Both the position numbers and the translations under genes were made by a program. From Octopus bimaculoides (Eukaryota): a stretch of 64,000 nucleotides of DNA. The notes beneath the pieces were generated by a model. That model did not search any database. It had not been told where the DNA came from and saw only the letters and a list, made by a program, of their open reading frames with translations. Each line of letters starts with the position of its first letter. The stretch's first letter is position 1. The DNA lies in contig NC_068987.1 in NCBI RefSeq assembly GCF_001194135.2, positions 38,666,641-38,730,640 of the forward strand. Direction: 5' to 3'. Below, one piece after another: positions 1 through 13,153 of this stretch.

Positions 1-296
1 TATATATATATATATGCAGTGGTCGGCACAGCTAACCAAAAAATTAGCTTTGCTAACCGCTAATCCGCTAAAAAAGTTAGCTTTGCAAACACTAAAGCAC
101 TAAACAGGTGAAAAAATATCAGCGGAAGCTAACGCTAACTGATAACCACTAACTTTTATCATATGAATTTAGTTTTTTTTATGACTCTAAAACCCTTAGC
201 ACAGACCTAGAGAGCTGAAATTTTCATGTTGTAGCTTAGACATAGAGCTTTCCAAAAAAGTATAGTATGCCAAGATCAGATGATGATCAAGTTGTA

Positions 297-1788
297 CTAC
301 TCTGGCTGGACCTTCTCCATCGCCTCGACGTGATGTTGGTTGCCCTTCATAAATATCAGCCTCTCAAAGTTACCATCTGGCAGGGTGGCTGTCTTGACCC
401 TCAAAATATCTTTGCCTATAGAGAATAGGTGCTCACCTGCAGCACTGAAAGGGATGGTGGTGTTATACTTGGTGAGCAGATCGATCAATACTTGCTCACC
501 TAAAAAGGCGAATTCAGTCAGGACCTCATTCGAGACGGCCTCCAGCCAGGTCTTCACCAAGCTCTGCGCCTTGAACTTCAGTGACCTGTGGATCATGCTC
601 TCCCGAAGAATTCATCTTGCTCATCCTCATTGCTGGTGGTGCTGCTGCCCTCCTCATTGGTCTCCATTAGAGTAGTCTCTATGACGGTCTCCATGGCATT
701 CGTTACTCTGCTTATCTGGCTGTTATTATGCTGCTCCACCCAGAACAGGCGAAACGTTGGGTGTAAGGCAGCGGTCAGATGGTATTCCAGGTATTCTGGG
801 AGGAGCCCAAACCTTTTCGTGATGCCTGCCAGTACCACGCCTACCAGAGGACTGCAGTACAGGATATGTCTGAACTTGGCCTCCTTCAATTTCATGACAG
901 TAGCTGCTATAGTTGGCAGAAGACCCTCGAGATAGGCCTAGTCCTTCCCTTGGATTTTATCCAAGGCCTTGGCAACATTAGACATAACCTGGGCATACTC
1001 CGTCAGGAAGGCAACATCAGAATCAGTGAAGGTCTGCACCTTCAGGTGTGTCATCACCCTGTGGGCAACTCCCATATTCTTCTCCAACAAGTTGTTGAGA
1101 ACAACAACAAAATCATATGCTAGGCAGAGTTCTATCTGGTACTGTGGGGACACTAGCTTCCTCTTCAATGTGTCCAGAATGCTGTCTGCCGCCACCGTGC
1201 TGCGGCTCTGCAGATTCCACAGCCGCTGTGTCTTGGACATGGCCTTCCTGTAGGCCGACTTGAACGAAACGCTGTCAAGAGCCTTGTCGGCATCTACGCT
1301 GGTTACCAAGTTGAAGGGCTGCGAACTTCATGTTCACTGGAAGGTTTAGGCCCAGGCCGCTGGACTCATCAAGGACAGAATCAACAGAGATGTACTCAAC
1401 TTCGTCTACATCTCCAGCTTCTGGATCCATGTCCACGTCCACATCCTCAATGCACTCCACGTCCGGATCGGCAGCAACCTCAGAAATGTCTGACAAGAGT
1501 TCAACTTCTGTACCAAACTGCATAAATGCCTTGACAAAATTTTTGCCATTGTCCGTCGTGGTCCTGGTCACCTTATCTTGCAGATGGAGCTTTTAATGGG
1601 TGTCCACCACAGCCTGGGTGAAAGCATCAAATGTGTGATCTCCTCTGAGCCAAGAACAATCCGGGATGGCGTGTTGTCTCATCCGGGTCTTGGGGTCCAG
1701 CCAGTGTGCTGTCATCCCTAAGTAGGATCTGTTGTGGGTCGACCAGCAGTCCGCAGTGGTCGCCACCCGGGGGACATCCTTGAGCAAT
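297..1788 (-). pseudogene. hAT transposase, catalytic and dimerisation part (frameshifted)
   Basis: Motifs VATTADCWS, TTTDNGKNFVKAF and KYNTTIPFSAAGEHLFSIGKDILR..L.D.NFE.LIFMK, spread over several frames. Confidence 0.85.
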
Positions 1789-2619
1789 CTGTAATTAGAA
1801 AATGTTAAATTGTAAAGAGACATAAGGTGTAAAGTTAAAAACTTGAAATTAGGTGTGTGTGTGTGTACAAAGTATGGGGGTTTAGTTCACAGGTGATCTA
1901 AACGATTAGGTACGCTAGGTAAGTGCTGTAACATATTACTAAGGCTCCTACACAATGAAAACACTAACACCGATAGCAATAACATATCTAATGCTCCTGG
2001 CCTGATCATTTTAAACAATTTAAATGTACATAATATAGTCCCCACCTCAGAGGGTAATGGGCGCACAGCTGAAGCCGACGCAAACACTAGTAGGCACTCT
2101 GACACTAACAATACTAACTACATTATAACCACACAGCTAATAATTATACTTCAGCTACTAATAAGACTAGCAATAATATTAATACCAGCACCAACGGCTA
2201 TATTACCATTACTGAAAATGATACTACTACTAACACTCCGACTGCAAACGCTACTACTAATAGTTGCAATAATAACATCACTAATACCACCTCTACCACT
2301 GCAAATACTAACGCAACTACCAATGATATTACTACTGCCGCCGCTGCTAGTAGTAGTAGTAGTAGTAGTAATCATAACAGCGATGCCGATAACAATAATG
2401 ACAATAATAATAATAATGTAACGCTGGCGTTGATATTGATACTAGAAATGACAGCAATATCACGATCGATTCACCTAATATTATCCTAGCCACTACCAGC
2501 ACTACCTCATCTCGATCTCCAATTAACCAGATCCGGGACAGACTGCCCGCTGCAAGTCCAGTGCAGATGATTCAACGTCGTATACTAATGCACCGTTCAC
2601 AACATAGTAAATAACTCCT

Positions 2620-2990
2620 ATAGCAACTACATTGGATCTACCACAATTTTAAACAAAGGTATTATGCACATTTAAACTCGTTTAAATATAAAGAGAATAG
2701 GAATTCCACATCACTAGCCAACCACGTACACCATCTAATTAAATACAATATAATCCTTCCTGGGCTATAACAGACTCGGGTATCCCGTACCAGGGCCAAC
2801 AACTCATTTGTGGACTCTGCTTAAAAGAAACCTTCAAGATTTTAACCCATAACTCACCACAATTGCTTAATAAACATAGCGAAGCCTTCACTACGCGTAA
2901 GCACAAATTCTTCTGCACTTTTGAATTCTTTCATAAATCTAAATGTTCACCCCCCTCACGAATACCACCCACATACGAACCACCATGATC
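2620..2990 (+). mobile_element. Penelope-like element 3' fragment
   Basis: NSTSLANHVHHL..WAITDSGIPYQGQQLICGLCLKETFKIL..LLNK, similar to the copy at 29883-30116. Confidence 0.5.
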
Positions 2991-3019
2991 ATTAACACAT
3001 ACCCCTCGATATCTCTTCT

Positions 3020-3200
3020 TTTCTAGTCTAGGCACAAGGCCCGAAATTTTTGGGGAGGGTACCAGTCTATTAGATCGACTTCAGTATGCAACTGGCATTT
3101 AATTCATCGACCCCGAAAGGATGAAAGGCAAAGTCGACCTTGGCGGAATTTGAACTCAGAATGTAAAGACAGGCGAAATACCGCTAAGCATTTCGCCCGG
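3020..3200 (+). mobile_element. SINE of a second abundant type; related copies at ~17660-17880, 20100-20275, 42870-43090, 46230-46360, 60100-60200 and 61060-61240
   Basis: Shared core atcgaccccgaaaggatgaaaggcaaagtcgacctcggcggaatttgaactcag, in either orientation. Confidence 0.8.
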
Positions 3201-4154
3201 CATCTCTTCTATTTACCTTATCTCATATCTCTTCTATCTACCTTACCTCATCACTTTATGCGATAAATATTAATTCTTTAATTTACCTTTAATTTATCTT
3301 TAAACCTTAACCTAATAAATCCCTTAGTATTCAATTCTAACTCCTACTCCTAAATAATTTAACATTCAACTAGTTCCTCCACTCTCGACTACCTATATAC
3401 CCATAACCCATTGCTAAAAATAACTCTACAGCCACTGACCTTAGCCAGGACAGACACAAGCATTTACTACTAGACTAGAAGAATACCACTGACACCTACT
3501 ACTCTCTTTAAATTCCTTTCATTTTGCTCTATTTTGTTTACTTTTTTACGTTAACTTCTTCTATCTCCTCATCTCCTCTCTTATCTTCTCGGCTATCCTT
3601 GCACGCTATATTCTGAGACACTATATGCTTATATACCTTACTTTATCCTAAAGCCAATCCTTAACATCCCACCTCAGTCTGTTTACCTCTCTTTCTATTA
3701 ATTTACTTTTCTTTCCTTTTACCACTTAATAGCCACCTCCATTATTGAACGTTGAGATGCTCGCGTCTTTTTTCTGGATGTTTACAATATCAGGACTTTA
3801 ACCCACGCGGATCTACGCAGGATTGCACCTAAGGACTTATTCACTTATTTCCACCACATCGGAAAGTTGAACTGTGAACTTTTATGCTTATTTTTCTTCT
3901 CTCTCTTCGTCTCTTTTTTCGTTTACTTCTGTCCTCTATGTCGTCATTTCATTTATCTATACCCCTGTAGCAAGGCACAAGAAGCCAGCGCCATTTTGTA
4001 CGAGATCTCGCCGGTAGTCATTACCATGTTCGAGACAGGAGCGAGATCTCGCCTGCAACCATTTGCCATGCGCAAGACGTCAGCGAGACTCTCGCCGGCA
4101 ACGACTATTTAAGCAGGAGAATTAAGACATTCTTTCTCTTTCTTTCTTCTCGCT

Positions 4155-6430
4155 CGTAGAGTTCGTATCGTGCTGGTGTATTTGTTGATTATGTGCGGAG
4201 TAGTCGACTGTCTTGTGTTGCTTTGCAGCGGTTTTCTGGTGGTGCTTTCTCTCCGCCTTGAATAGGGTCAGCAATATCAACAAAAAGAAACATGGGATCT
4301 TGTTCAAAACGGGGGCACCAGTATTTTCTTAACGAAACACTTTGAAACTTGGGACACTGGTAGAATGTGTCATATAAAACATCTTTTTCTCTTAGTATTC
4401 TTAACAAAAAAACGTACATCGCAAGTTATTCCATGTTAAAGTTGTCGTATTTCTGTAATTTCAACCAATCACTGACGTCTATTCAGCTGAATAGAGTTAC
4501 TGCTACCCGGTCATAAAAATGTTATTCCCTGTGACATATTTCATCCGGTTTAATCGTAATTTATACGCATATATTGTTTATATAATAAATTACACTGTGC
4601 GTATCTATGTGTGTAACAATTTTAGAGTTCGGATTCTAGAGTTAGGGTTAGGGTTAGGGTCAGAACTAACGGGGATTAATACGATATACACCGTTACAGC
4701 GCTAACTGTTTTCAACTGAATAGACGTCAGTGATTAGTAGAAATTATCGAAATAAGACAATTTTTTACATGAAATAAATTCGAATACAAAAATTGTTTTC
4801 TGTTCTATAACACATAATAGATAAGTATACGAAGTTTGAAAGTCTTTCGGTACCAAAAACACTACATAAAACATAAATGAAGACCGGTGCCCCCGTTTTG
4901 AACAAGATCCGAAACATGTTCTATTCGGACCTTAGTGGGTACAAATTGTCCTCTTCGGAGGAGGAGCTCGCACGAGCAGTTGGTAGAATGGACAAGTGCT
5001 TAAGGAAGAAAAGTTTTGCGGAAGTGACAGAAGTCACAAAAAAAGACGTGGACCTGACAAACATAGAAAAATATGAGAAGATGGCACGTAGGGTAGGTGG
5101 TGACGTTAAGTTGTCACCAACCCAGAAAGTATTGGAAGAGATGGATAAGAAAACTATAGTATACAAAGTGTATTCTGTGGGAATAAAGAAGATAGAAAAT
5201 GTGGAAGTAGAAATTATAGAAAAGGCGTTGTGCTCCGTCTGGCAAGACAACATATCTTGCCAGAGGAAGCAGATACGGAACAATTGTGGTCCATTTCAAG
5301 ACAGAAGGAAAAGCAAAAGAACACGCAGTAACCACAGTAAAGTCGGATAAAGTGGTCCTTGTACCCACTTATCATGGAAGAAGGACTTTCAGGATTAAGG
5401 TGGAGGGAATCCCATCGGAAATAGAAGTGGCTTGGGTTGCGGCGGCTGTTCTTCTAGGAAGTAAAGAAGAAATAGCCGTACTCCAAGCCACAAAAACAGA
5501 AAATTCGGTATGGAAAGGCCAAACACTGGACCTGATCATACAGGGCACTGCAGAAACACTGGAAAATCTAGTAGAAACAATGACCATTGGAGATGTGGTG
5601 TTGAGAGTGTGGGTGAAGGGCAGAACCCCTCGTTGCTTTAAATGTAGCCAAAAAGGTCACATTAGAACACACTGCCCTCTACAGAAGCAGAGAAGTCAGG
5701 AGGAAGTTGGAAAGGAACCGGAGAAGGTGCAACAGGAAGAAAAGAGAAACGAAGAACAGTGGATGGTACCTGAATGAAGAAAAAGGAAGAGGAAGAAAGG
5801 ACAGAGTGAAGTAGAACGCCAAACCATACCCACCCATACCCTCTCACTACAGACACCAATCCACCCATTCCCCTCCTACACAAAGCAAGAGAAAAAAAGA
5901 AATACAAACACACCAGAATATACCCCCCCTCATTGAAAATTGTTACATCTGTATGATGGTTGAAGGTGTAGACAAAGAACTGCTTAATAAGACTACAAGA
6001 TGGAAAGCTGCAAGATTCGTCAACGTCGAAGGGTGGACTAATATAGCTGGATGGCACTCATGTGTTCTGATGTGGGAAAGCCAAAAGGAAGAGATATTGA
6101 AATTCAAGAAAGGTTATAAGTGTTGGAGGGTGATTGGAGATTTAAAGACGATATTGGACAATGTGGGATACGAATAGCTAACAAAGAAATATGGTATAGA
6201 CATTTTGAAGGACTCGGAATTCAAAAGATAAAAGGAAGCAAGTGATGCTGCTTGAGGTGGGGCAAGCAGCACATTTCCATTATCATTTTCATTGTATCAT
6301 TCATGTTATCGTACGTTTAATTTTTATTTTCTCATTTTTATTTAAGTTTTCGTGTTTATATGTCCCCACATGTGTTTGTATTGTCCCTTCTTCATTGGCC
6401 CTTTGTGGGTAATATTAAATAATCTCGTTC
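4155..6430 (+). mobile_element. ORF1-only non-LTR-type element (Tx1/L1-like ORF1 with CCHC knuckle) inserted in the Gypsy 5' LTR
   Basis: ORFs 4916-5350 and 5286-5777 end in CFKCSQKGHIRTHC (CX2CX4HX4C). No RT is seen before the 3' tail. Flanked by a tctcgct duplication, and LTR sequence resumes on both sides. Confidence 0.65.
4295..4910. mobile_element. MITE with 25-bp TIRs and 8-bp TSD
   Basis: TIR GGATCTTGTTCAAAACGGGGGCACC at both ends, TSD GAAACATG (4287-4294 and 4911-4918), longer imperfect internal inverted repeats, and (TTAGGG)3 in the centre. Confidence 0.9.
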
Positions 6431-9400
6431 TTCTCTCGCTGACGCCGAGCAAGACTTCGAAGCCAGGAGCTCACAGCGGACTTTTGTCCCGCTGTTATAC
6501 CACATGCATTGTCTCCAGAAGTTATTGAACCTCACGTGTATGGGAGAGAAGGCTAACTACACAATGCTGTGAGGATGGTTACTGAAACCAAACTCCTTGT
6601 ACGAAGCACCTGTGAATAAACGGTTATTGAATTTACTCCGCCTGAGAACTTCGTTCTTCGTATTTCCAGCTCCTTGAATCAACAGAATAATTATAATGGA
6701 AGGAGTTACCCCAAAAGTATCATAAAAACCTTCCTTCCATTATAAAATGGCGACCCCAGTCTAAAAGGATTTTCAGCACCCGAAAGCTTTTATCGTTNNN
6801 NNNNNNNNNNNNNNNNNNNNNNNNNNNNNNNNNNNNNNNNNNNNNNNNNNNNNNNNNNNNNNNNNNNNNNNNNNNNNNNNNNNNNNNNNNNNNNNNNNNN
6901 NNNNNNNNNNNNNNNNNNNNNNNNNNNNNNNNNNNNNNNNNNNNNNNNNNNNNNNNNNNNNNNNNNNNNNNNNNNNNNNNNNNNNNNNNNNNNNNNNNNN
7001 NNNNNNNNNNNNNNNNNNNNNNNNNNNNNNNNNNNNNNNNNNNNNNNNNNNNNNNNNNNNNNNNNNNNNNNNNNNNNNNNNNNNNNNNNNNNNNNNNNNN
7101 NNNNNNNNNNNNNNNNNNNNNNNNNNNNNNNNNNNNNNNNNNNNNNNNNNNNNNNNNNNNNNNNNNNNNNNNNNNNNNNNNNNNNNNNNNNNNNNNNNNN
7201 NNNNNNNNNNNNNNNNNNNNNNNNNNNNNNNNNNNNNNNNNNNNNNNNNNNNNNNNNNNNNNNNNNNNNNNNNNNNNNNNNNNNNNNNNNNNNNNNNNNN
7301 NNNNNNNNNNNNNNNNNNNNNNNNNNNNNNNNNNNNNNNNNNNNNNNNNNNNNNNNNNNNNNNNNNNNNNNNNNNNNNNNNNNNNNNNNNNNNNNNNNNN
7401 NNNNNNNNNNNNNNNNNNNNNNNNNNNNNNNNNNNNNNNNNNNNNNNNNNNNNNNNNNNNNNNNNNNNNNNNNNNNNNNNNNNNNNNNNNNGGTTCATTG
7501 GTCCTTTTCTCTGTTAGAATTTGTATATTTCCATACTTTTTTCCTTTTTCCTTTCTTTCCTCTGTAAAAGATGAGTCTTCCCAGCTTTCTCGCATAGACT
7601 GGTGACGTCATACTTTGGTTTGCTCAATTGGATGCATATTTTTCTGCCCATGCTGTGCCTCACCAACAGCAACTGAACCTTTTGTACTGTGGAATGCCTT
7701 TACCTCTTTGCACGCTCAATGAAAGATCTCATTACTGACCCACATCCGGACGCGACTTACACGTCAGTCAAATCCGAGGTTCTCGTCGGAACACACAATC
7801 CGCGGAGAGTAAATTCCGGACACTGGTGTCGGATGAACACCTGGGAGATAGGACACCATCTGAGTTACTTCGTCGTTTGTGAGAGCACAGCAACACTCCA
7901 CTTGAGGACAATCCTCTGCTTAGGAAATTGTCTTTCTTTCGTCTACCGCCGAATGTCCAGTCGATACTGGCCGCAACGGACGACTTCAATTCGCTCGGAC
8001 ACCATGGCGGACAAGATCACAGAGTTTACTGTGCAGCCCGCATCTTACCATACCTGTTCGGACTCCATAGTAGCTTCCTCTACTACTACAGAGTCTCCTG
8101 TCTCGTCGCATGACGACGTTTTGGAGAGAGTCGATGCATTAACACGTCCCATGAACACACTTTGGCGAGAAGATGCCAGCTCTCGTCGTCCTCGTAGCAG
8201 AAGCCGTTCTGAACCACGGCCATCTAGTTCTGCTCCAACGGTTTCCAGATTTAAGGACAAAGCCCGTTAATGCATCCAGCCCTGTTCATTCTAGCTGTCG
8301 GGAAACTAATTGCGGAAGATTTGCGCACGTCAATTTCTTCCCGCAATTTTTCATCTCATCGTGCATCCTTTGTTAAGGATCGTATGTCTAACGAATCGTT
8401 CATGATTGACACTGGATCCAGCTGTTCTATTTGGCCTTTGCGTCTTACTTCAGACGAGCCGAAGCAACATGCCATTAACCTGCACGCGGTGAATCTATCC
8501 CCGATAAAAAAAAAACTTACGGTCAGGTCTCATTAAACCTAGCTCTCAACCTTCGAAGGGATTTTAGATGGGTTTTTGTTATAGCAGATCTGCCATACCC
8601 CATTCTGGGCGTGGACTTCTTAAACCACTTTCACTTGTTAGTAGGTGTCAGACGACAGAGACTCGTGGACGATTCTACGTCTTTGTTTATGCCTACTCGG
8701 GTTACTACTAATGCTTTTTTCAGCCCGTCATTTTTTGTCGCCACTGCTGGTGACCAGTACCACTCTCTTTTGGCTTCTTTCCCAGAGCTGGTAGATCCGA
8801 CTTTCAAATCAATCAAAGTAACACTCGAATCGCTTTTATATCACTACTTCTGGACCACCCGTTTTTTCGCAGCTTAAAAAGGCTCGATCTGAGTTTGAGC
8901 ATATGCTTCAACTCGGCCTTATTCGCCCCTCCACCAGCCCTTGGTCATCTCCTCATCATTTGGCACGGAAAGGGGATTCAGATTTTTGTCCGGTGGGAGA
9001 TGACAGACGTTTGAATGTGATCACTGCTCCCGATCACTATCCGATAAGGTATGACCGGGATTTTTCTTCAAACTTGCATGGTTGTACTATTTTTTTCCAA
9101 GACTTACCTCATCCGGGCTTATCGTCAAACTCCGATGAACCTTGACGACATTCCAAAAACTGCCGTTGCCACCCACTTTTGGAAGTATCGAGTTCCTGTT
9201 TATGAGCTTTGGTTTGCGGAATGCAACGAGTACATTCCAGAGGTTTATTGACGAAGTTGTCCGTGGACTTGACTGTGTTCGCTTACGTCGATAATTTGCT
9301 CATAGCTAGCGACACGCGTGTAAATCACCTCCAAAACTTATCTCAACCTTTTCAGCGTCTTCGCACCTACAATGTGCGAATCAACCCCGATAAGTGTGTT

Positions 9401-11127
9401 TTCGGACAGACCTCTCTGGAATTCTTAGGTCATTATATCGACTCTAATGGTATCCGACCTCTCTCCTCCAAAGTCGATGCAATTCATCGCATCTCACCTC
9501 CCACTTCTCTACGCCAACTGCGTCATTTCTTGGGAATCGTCAACTTCTACAGGAGATTCATACCTAAATGTGCAGACAAGTTACTTCCCCTGACTATTGA
9601 AAGCAAATGAAACAAGAAATCCTCCTATCACTCTATCAGTCGAGACATTATCTTTTGAGTCAATCAAGAAGGAAATAGCTTCTGTTCCTTTGCTTGTACA
9701 TCTGGTTCCTGATGCTCGTCTCTCTTTAACAGTTGATGCATTCTTTTCTCGCCAATTAAAGTCAACTGAACATCCTTACAGTACGTATGATCGTGAACAC
9801 TTAGCGATCTACCTGTCGGTTCGTCATTTTCAACATCAACTCGAGGGTCGAGATTTTGTGATTTATACTGATCACAAGCCTCTTACGTTTGCTCTGTCAC
9901 CTAAATCGGACAAACACTCGCCTCGTGCTTTTCGTCACCTGGACTACATTTCCCAGTTCACGAGTGACATTCGGCATATACCTGGAATAGAGAACGTACC
10001 TGCTGACGTACTCTCTCGTCTCCCTGTGTGTTCTCTTTCATCTCCAGCTGCAATCGACTTAACTGCCATTGCGCAGGATCAGCCAGCTCTGGATACATTG
10101 GATCTAAGTTCTACCAAGTTGTCTTGTTGCAAGTTTTCCTATCTTCCACTTCCGTCTGCTGAAGGCGCAATCCTTTGTGACACAGCCACTGGTTCTCCCA
10201 GACCGTTTGTACCTGAGAACTACCAGCGTTCCGTTTTTGATGCCTGGCATCGCTGCCTCGGTAAAGCTTATTACGGCTCGGTTTTTCTGGCCTAATATGT
10301 GTTGCATGATCACCGCTTGGGCACGCACTTGTGTGAAATGCTAGCGTTCTAAAATCCACAGGTACATTCGCGCTCCTCTTGGACAGTTTTCTCCGCCGGA
10401 GACTCGCTTTCGTCATGTCCACATTGATCTGATTGGACCATGGCCTGTCAGTCGCGGTTTCTCTTATATATTGACATGCGTCGATCGTTTCTCTCGTTTC
10501 TCACATTTTTGCACCATATCTTGTTGTTTGCGATCGGTTACCATCTTTGCTCTTTTTTTGTGCCTGCTCCAGTTATTCTCTATCTTTGCACTGGCGTTCT
10601 CAGGGGGAGCCCCTGTAGCAAGACACAAAGAAGTCAGCGCCATTTTGAAACAGTGAGATCTCGCCTGCAACCATAGCCATATGCGAGACAAAAATGAGAT
10701 CTCCCCTGCTACCATTATTTCAGGAAAAGCCAACAACATTTTCTCTCTCATTCTTCTCACGCTGACGCCGAACAAGACTTCAAAACCAAGAGCTCACAGC
10801 GGACTTTTGTCCCGTTGTGATACCACATGCATTGTCTCCAGAGGTTATTGAACCTCACGTGTATGGGAGAGGATGGTTATTGAAAGCAAACCCCTTGTAC
10901 GAAGCACCTGTGAATAAACGGTTATTGAATTTACTCCGCCTGATAACTTCATTTTTCGTATTTCCAGCTCCTTAAATCAATCAACAGAATAATTATAATG
11001 GTAGAAGAAGATACCCCAAAGTATCATAAAAACCTCCCTTCCATTATAAATGAATAATTAAATAATTAAATTAAATTAAGAAAATATGAAGTAGTCCATA
11101 ATTTTTGTAATTCCAATTTATAAATAC

Positions 11128-11714
11128 CTTCTAAGATACTCCTCCAGCTGTTTATGGCTGGCTAAGATCATCCTGTCCAGGGTTCAGCATCTTGATCAGG
11201 CCGAAAAGGTGGGTGGGGAACTCCACTACATGCAGTGGTAGCATGTTGTCGATAAACAGGTCTACATTCCTTCTGTCCACCATAGACTGACGGACGCTAG
11301 TGCCAGCAGTTTGGGCAAACACCTTGCCAATGCTGGGCTGGCAAGCTTTCTTTGCACATGGCTGCAAAGATTGGCTACTGGCACTGATACCAGAAGATTG
11401 CCCGTGTTTCCTCTTCTCAAATTAGATGGCATGCTTTGAGTGTTTCCCTTTGACATGCAACCTCAAGTTCAGAGGCTCGCCACTTGTCCCTTGATGGTGG
11501 TCTGCTTGGGCTGGCACATGATGCACCAGAAGTACAAGATTTTGCTGTTCCTCTTATCCCTTGACGTAAGGACAAAGTGGTCCTCCAGGGAGGGCCACGG
11601 GTTCTGAGGCTCCTGGCTCTCAACCTGAACGGCCTCTGCCCCACCCGCAGTCATTGCAGTCTCCTCAACAGGCCCTTCATCCTCAGGCCGAACAAAAACG
11701 TTTTCACCTTCCAT
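11128..11714 (-). pseudogene. hAT transposase N-terminal part (BED-finger-like region), frameshifted
   Basis: MEGEN...PWPSLEDHF...FWCIMCQP and FIDNMLPLHVVEFP, just inside the right TIR. Confidence 0.7.
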
Positions 11715-12035
11715 AACTATAAGCAATAATTTGATAAGCCGATAACGTACACTGCTGTTGCCGATACTGTAAGACACCCTAATGTGACAACGTCGTAAGT
11801 GAACACAACTCAAAACTGCAGAATTACACAATGCTGTTCAGCTAGCTGCTGTTGCGTCGACCAGTCACGCCTTGTCACGTGTACATATAGTAATCCAATA
11901 GCGTGCTTGACGGACTCTTCGCTAATCCACTAAACGAAAAGTTAGCTTCGCTAATTAGCAGTTAGTGGATTAGCAGAACTATGCTGACCACTGTATATAT
12001 CTGTGTATATTTATATATCACTCTCTATCTCTCTC

Positions 12036-12077
<42 letters not shown>

Positions 12078-13153
12078 TATATATACACACACACACATAT
12101 ACATTTATATATCATTTGCAATCAGTAAGTAGATGATATTCGCTAAATGCGTAGTGTGAGTTCGTTCCGCCAGTATGTTTGTTGCTCTTTTCTTATAATA
12201 CCTAATACTGTTTGTCTTAAACATTGCGAATTGATAACTAGAAGTCGTTTTTCTTAAAGAATACAGGTTTAACTTTATTCAGAGAAGGCACTTTTATAAA
12301 TTGAGCAAATAAATGGAAAACAAATATAAATGTTGAAGGCTTAAAATAGTATATTCGGTATATAATAATTGTAATTTAAATCATTTATTATAATAATTAT
12401 GATTAATATAAAAATCTACCATATCTGTTCAATAACCATCAAATAATTTCAGTTCAAGAGTTTTCCTTCTTTCAAATAATTTGTGATATTGAAACAGTAT
12501 CTACAATCATTTTTATCACAACAGTAAGTTTGTTAAAATAAGAGAAACGTATACTATTGTTTTAAATTATTCTAGTCTGCTTCTTTGCGTAACTGCTGTC
12601 AGATTAGGCATAAGCCATTTACATATGAAATATATAAAATATTACGAAACTTTAACTATTTGAAGTGCGAAAACTGCAAAAATTCTAAACCAAACAATCT
12701 GAAATTTTAATATTTATTTTCAACAATCGAAATATTATCTATTACTAAAACAAATTTAGAAATACTTATCTTCTCTATAGCTTATATGAGAAAGTAGGCT
12801 TTCGCTTCTTTCTCTTTATATATGAACTGATATGGTAGATCTGAATATATTTTAAGGAATGCGGTTAAATGCTTAGTAAAAAGTTATACCTTTACATATG
12901 CAAAAGGTAAAAAAGAGAATATAAAAGTTATATTAGTTCAAATAATATATATTCCTTGTACTTGCTATCATTGTGAATATAGAAAACCAAAATTAAAAGA
13001 ACAACAAAAAGGTTTCATTTCCCAGTTGAATCAGTGCCGTAATTTGCTTAGTATTTTCTTTGAAAGAAAGTAGTCGGACCGGATCGGTTAACAGATCGAA
13101 CTGTAGTAGTAGTTGAATGCCTCTCAGTTGCAGGCCGATGGGCATTAGTGTTA

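Larger units (their letters stand above)
3966..11048 (+). mobile_element. Gypsy/Ty3 LTR retrotransposon (decayed)
   Basis: 3' LTR 10614-~11048 preceded by PPT agggggag. 5' LTR split into 3966-~4154 and ~6431-6744, followed by PBS-like tggcgacccc (6748). Internal gag-like region, protease (IDTGSS), RT (SPWSSP, MSFGLRNATSTFQR, YVDN), RNase H (YSTYDREHLAI..YTDHKPL) and a truncated integrase. Confidence 0.9.
17..11993 (-). mobile_element. hAT-superfamily DNA transposon (decayed), host of nested insertions
   Basis: TIRs cagtggtcggcacag (17-31) and ctatgctgaccactg (11979-11993). Near-TSD tatatatg/tatatatc in (TA)n. Subterminal gctaa/ttagc repeats at both ends. Confidence 0.85.

Noticed and set aside
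4641-4660. (TTAGGG)3 as a telomere remnant
   Set aside because: Only three units, and internal to a MITE.
4877-4915. N-terminal MKTGAPVLNKIRN of ORF 4877-5350
   Set aside because: It is encoded by the MITE TIR and TSD, not by the original ORF1.
3966-11048. Recent intact Gypsy insertion
   Set aside because: The LTRs are visibly diverged, I found no TSD, pol has many frameshifts and the integrase is truncated.
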